Source: Ptychomitrium polyphyllum
Taxonomy: Eukaryota
Reading direction: 5' to 3'
NCBI GenBank assembly: GCA_973851085.1
Contig: OZ316775.1
Coordinates: 5,890,001 to 5,954,000 of the forward strand
DNA: 64,000 nt
A program made the position numbers and the translations under genes. The notes beneath the pieces were generated by a model. That model was not told the DNA's origin. It saw nothing but the letters and a program-made list of their open reading frames with translations, and did no database searches. Positions 27,701 through 43,300 of this stretch are shown here, piece after piece. Each line of letters begins with the position of its first letter. The first letter of the stretch is position 1.

Positions 27701-27993
27701 TTGCACCAAATTGCATATGTAGTTCACGTGAAAACTTGCACAATGACCCAATCGACGGCCCATTGATCTGTTAATTCATGAACATACTTAATCATGAACA
27801 ATTCTGAAAACACAATAGCTTTTTAAGGATAGCCAGCTTCATTAGGCCAATTACTGGTGTCGTGCAGGGCTCAGGTAGCTATCAGGACAGCAAGCGCGCT
27901 AAACGTAGGAACGCAAATTGTACAGACCCTGTGTTTTTAGAGCCCCGCAAGTTATTTGCTGATTCAGCAGCTCAAGATCATCAGGGTTCAAAT

Positions 27994-28814
27994 ATGGCTG
28001 ATCAGGTATAACTCGAATGCTCTTCGCTTATACTATCTCGTTGGAATCAATCATGCGAGGTCGAATCAGGGAATCATCTTAATCACAATGTCAAGTTAAC
28101 AATTACTATAGCTTCAATTTAACGGCGATGCAAATTTGCAGTCCTCTCTCTTTCTGATGACTTTCTAATTCTTTATTGTATATGTGCTCTCGAATCGCGC
28201 AAATTAAGCCGAACTGGGAGGCAGAAAACGAAGAAACCGATGCCAGAGACGTACAGTCCCTAATTGAGCAGCCTGAGTCCGCAGATGACTACGTACGTTT
28301 CGTAATTTACAAAACCGTTTTCAATAATCGGAGGACTCTCAGTTGGTTTCAGAAAGACTTGTTCGCTAATTCTCAAACAAGCATACAAAAAATTTGCAAA
28401 AATTAATTTCAAAGTACGCTAGCTAAGGCAATTGATACGGTCTTTTTGCAGATAAGTGTAGATATCCATGTTCCTCGGCTCTTCACAAGACCCCGCAAAC
28501 TTGAACGCTGCAAGAACGATCTACGCAGATCTTTCAGTAAGTATACCAATACTCATCTTTCATAATACTGTGCAATTTGTTCCGAGATTTGATCACCAGG
28601 TGATCAGCGCCTTGGAACATCATCAATTTATAAGTTTCTGACCTACCTAGGGATCAAATTTCATGATAATACAGATGTGAATGCGGTGATCGAACGCCCC
28701 CCTTCTTGCAACACAGCCGACGTCATCCGTGTGGAGGGCTACGGCTTCGACTCCGATTCTGTTCTCAGCTGCGTCCGCCGCTACGACCCTAACGCCAGCA
28801 TCGTCCATAACTAA
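27994..28814 (+). CDS. Small 78-aa protein with HMA/ATX1-like pattern, lacking the CxxC metal-binding motif (3 exons)
   Basis: Exons 27994-28005 (MADQ|GT), 28452-28536 and 28675-28814 with GT-AG sites in consistent phase. Product: MADQISVDIHVPRLFTRPRKLERCKNDLRRSFNVNAVIERPPSCNTADVIRVEGYGFDSDSVLSCVRRYDPNASIVHN. The last exon has strong C-ending codon bias. Choice of first exon is the least certain part. Confidence 0.68.
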
Positions 28815-29286
28815 ATGGTCCACAACCAGCTCCACAATGATGATAGAATTACAAATATACTCCAAAAGTATACTACATACGACGGACAGATTCTGATTTT
28901 GCTTCATGTCTAGTGTCAGTTATCGTCATGTCTTTACAAAATTTCTGGTCCGCACCGTTCTTAAATACATGGAAAGTGAGAAAAAAAGCATCAACTACCT
29001 CTATTCAATATAATAAAACTGATGAACCTACGTTCTTCGTCAAATGTTGACGGCAAAGGATCGCGAGTTCATCAGAACTTTCATGCTATATTTTGTTCAT
29101 CAAAATAAACGCCTGTAAATGTTTAGCTCAACGAAAAGGGTAACATTACTCAGAAATTAGTAGTCACAAGAATGTTGTCAGTGGCAATTTCACCAGCTAG
29201 CAAAGCTGTACTAATGAATCAGAGTTCGACTTGCATGCTGCCGGTGCGTCTACCCTAAACTTGGCCGTTGAATGAAGCTGATTCAC

Positions 29287-31207
<1,921 letters not shown>

Positions 31208-31899
31208 TTAGAGCTGAAAAAAATTTGGTAATGAATCAGTAATTTTCTCAGATTGATTAATCCAAGATTGATTACCTACTAAGCAGAGAAATAGTTAGTC
31301 TGCAGCCTTGAAGTACTGCGGTAGTAATAATGAAGTGGAGTGTGAATGAGTATTACTGCTCTGTTGTTTCCAAGAACCTCAAGAATGTGCACTGTGGGTG
31401 ATATATGTGATCATCGTGGAGCTTAGGCGACGAAAGGTTTGCAATATACGAAAGGAAAGAGATGCCACCCAAAAGTTGGATCTCTTAGAATCTGGCGTTT
31501 CTTTGGTGAAAGGAGACGAAAGGTGAGGCGCGAAGGTCAAGAGGTTAATGGTGGTGCTGCTTCAAACCTCGCACTCTCATAGCGGCTAGTTAAATCTCGG
31601 AAGAGGCTCAAGGGACAGATACATTCACAGGATGAATCTGTCGTGCGTTGCATAACTACTGATCTCTAATCTTTAGGATCCGCCATATTTGCCATTTGTG
31701 ATGAGCTTCAGCTGGTCAAGTAAGTGGCACATTTTCATGATATGGTAAGGATATTGATGCTATGGCACCTGGGGTCTTGATTTTGAGATGTGAATCTGTG
31801 ACGTAAATTAGGCGAAAGATGTGGATCTGGTGATGAGAGCAATCATGATTTTCTTCGCCACTTGTTGCTCTATTTCATTCGGGGAAGTTAGGGTTCCAG

Positions 31900-33800
31900 C
31901 ACATTTCATCCTTTGGGAGATTTGAACGGAATGATTTGGCATTCAGTCCACAGCTAGCACCGAGAATCTCACCGTTGCAGTGAAGGTCGTTCGACGAATA
32001 CTACAAAAGGTAATATGAACTTTGTTTTGTTAGTTTTCAATCATCAGTGTCATTTTATGTAAATTTGGTCCGCTACAATCGATTGATTGTCTGAAGTAGA
32101 TGGTTTGATTTCTCCTATAGTAACCGATGGATTTTAACTGCGTGGCCTGTCAACTGTACTCTGGCCTCAGCAGTACAAACTATGCCAAAATATAATCGCT
32201 AGTGTCAAAGTTTCTCAAATTAGCATCTTGTACAACTTCTCCTAGTGGTGCATACTAATTTCTTCCTTCAAGGTGTTGCACTAATTGGTATTTCTCCCTA
32301 AAAGCTTGAATTATGTCATTCATAATGCTTTGAAGATGAATTCAACTATCTTTTAATTTTGAATTTTGAATTTGAGGTCAATGGACCTCGAACAGTGGAT
32401 GCTGTGACTGTTTTTAAAAAGTCAATTAAACAATTTGGTATATATGTTGAGTCAAGGGTACTGGATCACTTACACTGGCCGCATAGATTCAAACAAGAAA
32501 GCACATACATCGATTCACATGCCGGTAATTTGCAATGCAAGAAGAGTGTTTAATACAAGCTGGAGAATGTTCAAACGAAGGAGAAGGTTCAATGATTAAT
32601 GAAGACGAAGCAGGTGCAGTGCTCGAAGAAATGAAAGGTGCAATGCTTGAAGGAGGAGAAGGTTTAATGTTTGACGAAGCAGGTGCAATGCAATTAGAAA
32701 TGGTGACGCCCACATCCTCCACGATCAGTACTGGAGCATCTGGGGGCGATGGCGACAACACCGGAATGGCAAGCATTCTGGATCTCATGGCCGACAGCCT
32801 TGCTTTCACGCTCGACCGTAAGGTGGACATGGAGCTAGGTTGGTGTGCCACCGGCTCAGCGATTTCAAAATCATAATTATTTGTATGGTGTTCAATTGGC
32901 ATGATAATTCCACTTTCCTGCTGTTGCCATATAATTAAGCTGGTGTGTGTGCGTCTGGTGCTGAGTGACGACGGACTGGTGATTTCAATTTTGATGTTTA
33001 GTGATGCATATTGTTTCTCAGGAATATTGCAAACGAGGCAGGGTTTCTAGACAGTAGTTGACATCTGAATTTCAGAGTTGTCCCATTGGGTGTTTGGTCA
33101 GATGAAATGCAAGAGTCGATTCAGGGTTTTGGAAATATTTGATTTAGCCAGCGGTCTTGCCCAAACTATCAATCATGACGGGATCGTATGCATATGGCTT
33201 TATGTAACCTTTACCATATTGTTTTGGACCTACGCAAGATCATGTAGAGATCAAGTGTGCGCTTGCAGTCTCTGGGTTTCTGAAAACGTAAATTATCATG
33301 CCAATTGAATTGAATGAGGTGTGTGAACTGTCTGAAACCCAGCTTTGTTGGAGGATTTGCTGGCCTCGTTGCGCAAGGAGAGACTAAAGCTTGAGGAGGA
33401 TGCTGAACGTTTGGCAGTTAACTTGCCCTCAACAGCTTTATTGGATGATATTATTCGCTGCGCAAAGAAAACCTAAAGGTTGAGGCGGTTGATGCGCGTT
33501 TAGCAGCTAATTCACCCTCGCAGACCTATACTCATCTCTTGATTTTAATATCAGCAAGTTTCAACTTTGTACAAACCGGGCAGTGCAAACGCTACTTCGA
33601 GTTTCCAACTATTTTGATTTCGATATTGCATGCATAATATAATTACAGGAATCGGGACCACTGAGCTCAGAACTGCTTATATGGGCCACAATGTACACAG
33701 CAATTTGTAGAAATAAGCGACCCCTATTGTGGTCCTGATGCAGATTGATGAGAAAAAGCGCTCCTTTCAGCTGAGCGCTTGGACTTCAGTTGTGAGTAAG
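31900..33800 (+). pseudogene. Unidentified exon-like segments (acidic repeat ORF plus coiled-coil-like exon); lineage-specific gene or pseudogene
   Basis: ORF 32535-32876 is Glu/Gly-rich with internal repeats. A phase-1 splice from 32838 to 33343 gives ...DMELALLEDLLASLRKERLKLEEDAERL...KKT*. Neighbouring exon-like blocks carry stops or a frameshift. Confidence 0.35.
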
Positions 33801-36800
33801 ATTTTGCTTTCTTCGTTTCTACAGTCCTTGTAGCCTCGCACAGTACAACGATAACATTCTATCCACCATTTCGACCTAGCTGCCAAGCTCTCCATTACAC
33901 TGACCGGTCGTTTGTATTGTCCTGGTGCAATTTATGCATCGATAATATGTCCTGGGAATCTTTCAAATGAAAAAAAAATTGTATGCTGAGAATCAGCTTG
34001 CAATTAACATTAGGGCTGACGAATGAAAATGCCGATTCCTGTAAGAAATGAGATAAGATTTGGAGAGCTCTGATTTCGTTGATGAAGCATTTTCGATCAA
34101 CGAACAAGTTTTATTTGATAAACATTATTACCACACCAATGGTCGGAGACCTTTGAACGCGCGGGATGCAAAAAGCTACGAAAAAAAAAAATCTCTATAT
34201 ATATATATATATTTTGCTGCGCTTGGTGTTGCAGTGCAATTTTTGATTCATTCTCTTGTAAGTGCTGATCACTTAAGGCCCTGTCAAGCTGGCAAGCGTG
34301 CCTCATCTTTATCGTGCTTTCAAACTTGCCTTTGTGTCTGCCACAACCATTGATCGTGAGGCATCCACAAATTAATTTATGTTGGTTAGTAGTGTAGCAG
34401 ATGTATTCCACAACTGTAGTATGTGGCATGTCGCTCTGTGCTTGTCGCCTCCAGAAAGCTGTAAGTTTCGACCATAAATTATAATTAATCTCTGGCAGGG
34501 CAGTGCAGGGCAGTAACGTAACATACAAAGTCGAGTTCTGAAATCCAGAAACTGAGTCAGGTGGTCAGCGTCTCACAAGTGGCCTCTCCGGAGTCCCAGG
34601 AGGTATATGACGGTATGAATGTCGTCAAAGGTCAATTCATACGACTCAGAAGACTAGAGAATGTCCTGAAAATGGACAGAACTCTTGTCGCCGCGTTAAG
34701 GGTTTAGGGTTAAGCAGAGAACGAGTGCGAAGTGCCCACCGCGCAGACAGACACGGAGTCAGGATTCGTCCTCTTATTCAAGCACCGTCATAGACTTAAC
34801 CATGATCTGACGCATATTTCAATCCCCAGCAGGACTCGGCCCTAATGATGGTCGTTGAACAATATCACCACTTAACAAGCCCGAATCATTGATGTGATTT
34901 GCCGTGTCTAGCTCCTCTCTTAACTTCCAGCTGTTAACGTGTGACACGCTTGCCGGTGGGAAAAGTAGATAATTTTGTTGTGGATGTATGTTTGAAGGCC
35001 ATTACTTGTCTTCGATATTAGATCTGCACGTAATGGCACTGGCTGTGTTACAGAGTGTTATCCGCTTCTTGCAGTTGCTGGCATTGAAACTGAAATCAGA
35101 AGTAATATAATGTACAGGACACGTTTGCCTCTGTCCAACCAATATTAAAGCTGTCTGGCTACAAGCGCGTTAACTGGTTCGTCTGAGCAGTGACGTGAGT
35201 TCACATCTTGTACCATAGTCCTCCAGCTTTTCACGTGGGTACTCCGTAAAACCCAGCACAATTGATAGTAACGAGCTTGATTCTCGTGGCACTCGTGCAT
35301 TGATCACCTCTTCACCTTGAAGAAACTATTCAGCCTTTAACTTATCTCATCATAGTTCTAGAAGAAATTGACACAGTTTTTAAGCAGTGTATGTGACAAT
35401 AATCAGAGCAATCTTTCGCCTCAAAACCAGTGATACCCACGTAAATCTTCTAAAGTCAGTCGAGTTCAAAGTTAACTCCCACCCTGTCCAAGTCCTCCCA
35501 TTGGCCAGCATCCCAACTCCTGACTTGCACTGCTTGCCCGAAAGAATTCACACTGTAGGCCAGTTGAAAAGTTCTTAACCCTCCGTTCTTTCCCAAAAAT
35601 CACACCAATTAAAAGTGTATAGCGAACTAGCACTTTAAAAAGGTTGCTTCAAAGATCATTTTCCACAAGAAAGGGCGAATGAATTGTATGATTACAGCTG
35701 CAGTAATAAGTTAGTAGGAGTACGGCAGTAAAATTATTGACCCACCGACCCCGGAAACGCTTCCAGCTATGGCACATGCCAGTTACACCGACGAGTTTGA
35801 GTTCTTATAGCATTAGGTTCAAGACTAGCGACCGAGATGGCAAGTAGGCAGCAGTTGAAGTGAGCGACCGACTACATACTAGGGGAGCAGGCACTTTGTA
35901 GGGTTGAAGCAGTCCAGGGGGTAATAAGAATTCCTCGGAAAAAGCAATCGGTGTCAGGCTTTGACCACACATTTTGAGGGGTAATAATACAACACCCCTG
36001 TGTTGACGTTTTTGTTTCGAACTGTGTAAGTTATGTGTCTGTTGCCTTGGAACCCTAGTGCAATGTGAACAGATTTCAATATTAACTAGCAGCAGTGGAT
36101 GACTCCTCGAAATTAACGTACGCCCCTTCTCATCACGTGTAGCCTTTCAAATGTACGTATCTTTCACATTCAGGCTCCAATTTGTACAGCGTCTTTACAA
36201 GGAAGACCTTTTCTTAATGCAGCCACAGATTGAGACTCTTGAAACCAGATTGAATCACTGATCGGATATTGCTTGCCTGCAAATATAATCTTTCTAATCC
36301 TTATAATCCTGAAGCTGTTGCTGAGCCAGACTCGCCAGGGCTGCACAAAATCTTAGCAAAATTCTTATATTAGTGTGGCTCTTGGAAGAGGAATTAACCT
36401 ATCCCACATCAGCTACTTGGGAATTTCAGGTTATGTACGGTATACCGAGATATAGGAACTTGGCCTTTCTGTACAAAGTTTCTAACTTTCCGACGGAATG
36501 TTCTCCCAGACTCCGAGTACTGTATAGCTTCGATCGTAGAAGATCAGCAAGATTCTTCCTCCAAGTCGCCGTCCTTCGGAGGACCTATACAGTTCGCCTA
36601 CAGACAAACTGGAATTTGGTTTCTCATGAGATACTTGAAAAAGCAACCCATGCAATCTTACACCATCACTAACTTCATCGGATATAATCTTCTGTAATGA
36701 GGAGGTGTTCGTGTGCAGCCACTACCCAAGTGGACGGAAGAAGAGCCTAAACACATAAGAAACAGAAGTAGAGTATGACAGTGCACTAGGTGCGAGGCCT

Positions 36801-39460
36801 TCATCAGCCAGGCCAGGACTGTAGAAGCAGTCATTGGCACCTCCGGCAACGCATGTAAAAGATGATTAATAATCGGAGTGAAGAAGTACACGAGTAAGCT
36901 GCCTCGCCCTATCGCCTCTTCCTTTTTCCCCTTTGGCCTGTGGTAGAATCCTCGTGGGGAGACTCCAGGCTACATACTCCACCCTCTTTTCGTTTTCTCT
37001 CAGGACACAAATCCACCTTTGTCCGGTTGCGCAGACTACCACATTTTCATAATCCTCTTTACAGCCAATTCATAATTGAGAGAAACACATATTTGAACGG
37101 AAGTATCATGTCAGTGTCAAGAAATCAAAAGGAATCCTTCTCATGTCAAAACAAAACAACTTCTAGTACTGGACACAAGCTTCCACCTTTAAAGGGGAAT
37201 TCCAGGTTCTACTTATTTGAGATGCAAATTTCAAGCTGTATGTTCTGTTCCACAGTGTTAACTGCCATGCGTTTAAAATTTTTGCTCTTTTTGTCATGAC
37301 ATAGAAGGCATCGTTTTCTCTTGTTAAAAATAATTTTAGATACTTTGCGTTTCAATTTTTCAGTCTGGTAGCTTAACCCCTAAGTGCCTATCAAATCCAA
37401 AGAGGCCATTTTATTCTGTATTAGTGAAAAAAAATTAATACCAAAGGTTTCTAGAAGTTAACCTAAATGAATTCAAAAAGTAGAAAACAAATCTTATAAT
37501 GTGCCAATGTCTTGAAGTTTTGATCTTTTTTAAAAGGCTCAAAAAATTTAATCAAATAATTCAAGGTGGACAAGAGGAATGACCACTTTCAAGAAGTCAC
37601 AAATCCAATTGGATGTGTTGTAGACTTGTATGCAATTTACCACAAAAAGATTCAAATTTTACAAACAATCATACAATAGGATATGGAGTCTTAAACTTCA
37701 TTGTCTAAATTCAAGAAACACATTATTACAACATTTATGTCCATCAAATGTTCTAGTTTTAAAACATGCCATTGAATTTTAATGAATTATTTTGTGGAAG
37801 TATACAATTAAGTCTACTTCAAGACCTAAGATTGTTTATAAAAATTTGCAATTATTTGTAACTTTTATTCAGATTTTTGATAGTACAAATTTTGGAATTT
37901 TCATGGTGAAAAAGTCATATGTAATTTAGAATTGACCAAAGGTACAACCATCATGACATCATCTAATAGTAGTTTTTTATTCTTTAAATCTTCTCCACTT
38001 ATTGTATCCTACATAACATACTAAAACAATGGATGAAACTACTTTTTAAAAGTAAATCTACACAAGTGTCCTGCATGAAATCTCAAACGTCATTGCCATT
38101 TAGCTGTTAATTCAAATACGCAGTCTCGTCCCATTACCTAGGATCGTCTAAACATGTAGTCTCGTCTAAATACGTCGTATCGTTCTCTATTCAATGTGAA
38201 GTGATATTGCAAATTCGCAGAATCAAATTAAGGATGGTCAAATTAACCACCCGAGTCGTCAAAGTCTTCCCAAGGCCGAAAGTCGTGGTCTTAGGATAAA
38301 CACACACGAATATAAAGTTACAGATTTATTAGGCAAGTGCTAATCCGAAGCCGACAGCCGACATAGCTGGGCATAACAGGCCTGCCCTTAAGTGCGCTGT
38401 CCAGCTTGCAACCCTTGAACCTTCCTTTCTTTTCTCTTCTATTAATATTCTCGCGTCTCTGATCTGGGAGGCTGCACTAGGCCAGACTACAGTTGTGCCA
38501 GACGCAGACTCCAGAGCTCACAGGCCTTGACAACCAATAGCACCGACACCTCTCGTAAATATAAGTAGTAAAAACTGAACTATGACCCCCACGCACCACC
38601 AACTCCTTGAATTCTATTATTTCTCGCACTTAGAATGGCTGCTAGGCTCCCCCAACTTGACTGACCAGTATACTGTATTGAATTACTTCGGTAAGGATTT
38701 GAAAGGTATACTACAGTATTCAATTACTGTCCCTGCCCCTGCTACAGTATGATAGTCAACAGGGGCATCATAAACTCCATGTGGCAACATGCCAGAGGTG
38801 CCAGGCTGCAATTGACACAGGCTTCTTACCTTGTTGATGGGGGATGACTAATTTATCTCAGGAGAATGAATGAATGAATGCCAGCTTCCGCCACTACTCA
38901 CCGCATCATGTCCATCATGTTCTTTCTTGCAACTCTCGTGCTCTCATGTCTCTCCTGAGCAGTATGATGAGGTGAGGGTGATTGACAGAACTGGGGCAAG
39001 CTTCAACCTTTGGTTTCTCTGCCGTGGGTGGTCTGCAGTGTTCATTCCTGCTAACTGTTTCATAAATCGAAGGCAGTTGCAATAACTTTATCACACTGCT
39101 GGACACTGCAAAATGACAGATATTACAATGCCTTCATGAGTGAAAATCTTATGAATTCCTATCAATCGCACTATTGTGCATTGGTAGGGCCTCCTATGAT
39201 AACAATCTTTAGTGACCCATCTGAACACCCTCTGTGAAAGGAAAAACTCCATCATTAAAAGGTATAATTCTATTTTCAAATTCTTCTTTTAATGAGAATT
39301 GAAGGTATTTATGCATGCATTCATCAAATTAAACTTATGTCTTTGTGTATTCATTATTAAATATCCTTATTATCTTTAATGTTGATTTTCTCTTTTCAAA
39401 GTGAGAGTAATTTGTTTTAAGTGCTAAAGAATATTCTGTACCATGTACAAAAGTTGTATA

Positions 39461-40315
39461 TAGTCAATCCTCCTGAAATACTAGGCTTTTGGAGCTTAAA
39501 AAATTAACATTTAAAAGGATATAACATATAGTAAATAAAGAGGGTCAATTTTCTTTAAATCACATTTATGTAAATAACAATAATCAAGGGTGAAAGTTGC
39601 AAGAGAATAAAAATTATCAATAATAAGAGATACATATGGAGTAGCATAATAATTATAAAAAAAATACATTAATAACCATACTATTGGAAAATATTTATCA
39701 ATAGTGTTTTGATGAGCTCACTAAATTTGAAGTTTTGCTAAATCTTTTTCAATAGATTTTTAGCTTGAAACTAAGATGATCAAATATCATGAGATTTTGT
39801 GCAAGATAGGTGTAAACAAGCTCAAATGCTTTAATTACACTTTAAAATTCAATTTGTAGATGTGGTGGCATCAACTCTAGCATTTCATCTTTTTCACTTT
39901 AAGTTGCATTGTTCACTTGTACTATCTAAAGGATCTCCTTGTCAATTTGCAAATAAGGTATGTTTAAGTTAAATTCTTCTTTATAAAAATATATTCGTGT
40001 GCTCCCATAGTTGAAGGCTCTTTTTCAAAGATAAATTCATATAATCAATTGAAAATTCCTTGCAATTTGTTTGTTTTTTTCATGAACATTTGTATCATTA
40101 GAGACATTCAAATTTGGAAGGGAATAAAAATCAATATGTCTCCAATAATGCAAAATTGTTGATGGTATGACCTCTTCTCTCCAAGTTGCAACAACCATGT
40201 GCACTGCCTCAAAGACATTAATGTCTACACTTACATTCTTCATCAAATACTTAAGTTTGTATTGGACAAATAACTTCTTATATTTGTACATAACACATAC
40301 CAATATAAATACCAT
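39461..40315 (-). mobile_element. Relic of a pogo/Tigger-like (Tc1/mariner superfamily, DDE_1) DNA transposon, 3' part
   Basis: YKKLFVQYKL...INVFEAVHMVVATWREEVIPSTILHYWRH matches the end of the pogo DDE domain. C-terminal HQNTIDKYF motif near 39710-39735. TA-TAGTCAATCCTC at 39459-39472 resembles a pogo TIR end. Confidence 0.65.
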
Positions 40316-43300
40316 ATATTAGTAGAATTAATAAAAATAACATTTATCAAGGATAGATTTACAAAAAAAAAGCATAGATTTTTTTTAAAGTGTCTAACGT
40401 TTAATATATAACCTTTATAAGTGTATTTTTTTCAAGAGTTTCAAAAAGAATACAATTAGGACATTATAACATTTAAAGAAACAAAAAACTTGGAAGGTCA
40501 TTTGTATAACTTTATGATAAGTTTTATGTATTTTTTACATTGGTTGTATTAAAGCATGAATGCCTCCAAAAGATTTAATAAGTGGTCAAAGTCTAATATG
40601 CAAAATATTCATCGTTTGTAACCTTTAATTATGCATTACATTCTTGAGTAATTAGAGCATTTCACTTTTGTCTTTGGAATGTTTGAAATTATATATAAAA
40701 TACATATAATACATATAGAAGTGAAGATTGTTGACTTTGTTTTATATGCAAATTTCATCTTCAATTGAAAAAGTTGTAATATAGATATCTTGAAAGGTGT
40801 TGATAAGAATCTTTGAAGAATGAAATACAATCTAAAAACCAAATCCTAATCTTTGATTGCTTCATATACTTTTTATATTCTTTCTCATTCTTTAATTTTT
40901 TTATTAACTCCTAAAAAATCAAATTTTTTTAACAAATTGAGATGTTTCATGATATGTGACTTTTATAGCTCCAATGAAGTTTCTTCTTGGAAAAAGGATA
41001 TAAAATAAATCTCTATAGTATCGTTAGTCTTATCAAATAAATAAACTTTCATACACTAGAAAAATGTCGGCCACTATCACAAACTATTTTTTTTAAGTGA
41101 AAAAATTATCCGAAATAGTATTGCAATTTAAAACAAGTTGCAAAAAGCTTCACAAATCATAAAAATATGTTATTCTATTTCCACTACAGATATACATTTT
41201 AATGGTCTACATTGGTACATAAATGTTTTACATCCATTAGTTGAACTGAAACTAGTTTATCATACTCTTAATCCAAGATTTTTCCCACTTAGTTTGTAGT
41301 TTGAGTTTAGTCTTTCTCTCCGCTTTGGTGTGTGCAATTAGGTTGTTGTAGAAGCTTGCTCAGTAAGCAGTTTAGCAAGATTTTGTATATTGATATTGAC
41401 TGAATAAATCAAGTATTTCATAAGTTGCAGTATTAAATTGCATTGTTTGGGTGAAATAAGTTCTTTGGATACAAAAGAAATTGCACACCATTTGCTCCAT
41501 GAATTGCATAGACTAAGAATGCTATATTGCTCCTACAAACAAATGTATTTTGGATTGGTGTTGGTTGTAAAGACCATAGTCCTTTTTGTTTTAGTATAAA
41601 GGCATTCCTAAAAACGGGTGTATAATTGCTGGCTGTGCATATGAGTCTTTCAGGCTTAGAGAAATGAATTCAGAAGAAACAAACCTTCATATATTCTTTT
41701 CTTTTTGGGTTTTGTTTTTTAGGCATTAACTTTTTGTGGGGCAATTATTTTATTTTGTTTTAGCAGCAAGAGGGTACAACGTTTTTATTCATGGTAACCT
41801 TCACAGATGTTAAAGTCTTCTTCTTTACAGTCCATATTCTTCTCACAGATATGGACAGGCCTTTTGTTGTCAATTCATTTCCATGAATGCTATGAATTTA
41901 TATGATTAAGGCTGCAATTATTACATACAATTTTATTTTTCAGCAATCCAGCCATTACAGTGTTGGCCAGCCAGATTGAGAACAGACATACCAATGATGC
42001 CAATATGAAACACTGTACTTGGTGAGTCTTCATGATACACTAGTGGCAAATAATTTGAAGCCTACTGGTAAAGATGCTCCACCCTCAAGTATTCAACACT
42101 ATTCAAATACATACTTTTATGCAAGTACAGAGCATCTTGGGGTTCTTACAGATGAAATTATTCCATGCGTGGACCTGTGTTGGTCCCCTCATATGTATTA
42201 ATCAGACTACAGACATGGAAGGATACATGTATGTTTGCATTTGCAACTGTCCATACTGCTTCAATGACCACATTATTGTCATGACTTTTTGCATCTGGGT
42301 CATAACTAATTGATCCTTAGATAAGCAGTCTGGGTAGCAGTCTGGCAGGGGTAAGTTAATCCCACCACTCTCTTTGCAGCATGAAACCCAGTTCAAGTTG
42401 GGCGGCTCTCTAAACCCACAGCCTGGCAGGGCTGCCCCCTTGGCTCCTACTGTTTGAAATGAGAATGCTGTTCAATTAGAGTCCTCAAAAGTTGTTGGTT
42501 ATAGACACAGGATCGAAATCACCACCTTCCTTTTCTGTTACTCCAGAGTCCAAGCAACCTGCACCCATTACTGTCATTCCTGCGAGACTCTGTATTACTC
42601 TAAGGTTTTACACCGATTTATTTTTAGTCTAGACTTTTCAAATAAGTGGGAGTAACAAGCAATAAGTAATCCGGAAAACACTACTATCAATACTGGTCAA
42701 AATCATAAATATTAAGTAATCTATAAAACAGTAATATTAGTCTAATTTTTATTTTTTTTCACATTAATTTTAAGCCAAGTTATTAATGTGGGCCATTATA
42801 ATCCTACACGTTTAGGTGTGACAATAATCAATATGTTGTATTAATTAAGATGGGTCATCTTTTGGATAATAAAAATTGTGATTCTAATGTTAATATGTTA
42901 TAAACTACAAATATTTTTACTAAATAACATTATTCATATAAAAATAGAACTCCAACACATTTTAAATATATTATTTAGACACTATGTTTCTTTTGAAAGT
43001 GCAAGAAAAAAAACTTCAGAATCTTGGATAAGAAGATACATGAGTTTTCAATTAACACTAATGTATTTGGAAATTGTGTTTTTTTGTGTATTTACACCTA
43101 AAATATAGCAAAGCCATAAAACGCATTTTTTTGGAATATTTGTGAACAATCCATTACATTGCATTCCAACGAAAGACACAAATTCACTTCTAATTTAATA
43201 ATTTGATGAATGGTAGACAAGTTCCAAGCTTACAATTTGTAATGTAAGGGCAATTATAATTTTATTCCTAAGTTGGTGCTTTAATATTGAAAGAACTTTT

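Noticed and set aside
28647..28907. 86-aa minus-strand ORF
   Set aside because: It is the antisense of the last exon of the HMA-like gene, whose plus frame has splice and codon support.
34697..34713. Telomere-like TTAAGGGTTTAGGGTT
   Set aside because: About two units only; at most a telo-box, not an interstitial telomere.
38650..38765. Weak inverted repeat (TTGACT..ATACTGTA / TACAGTAT..AGTCAA)
   Set aside because: Short interrupted stems with no 21-nt duplex.
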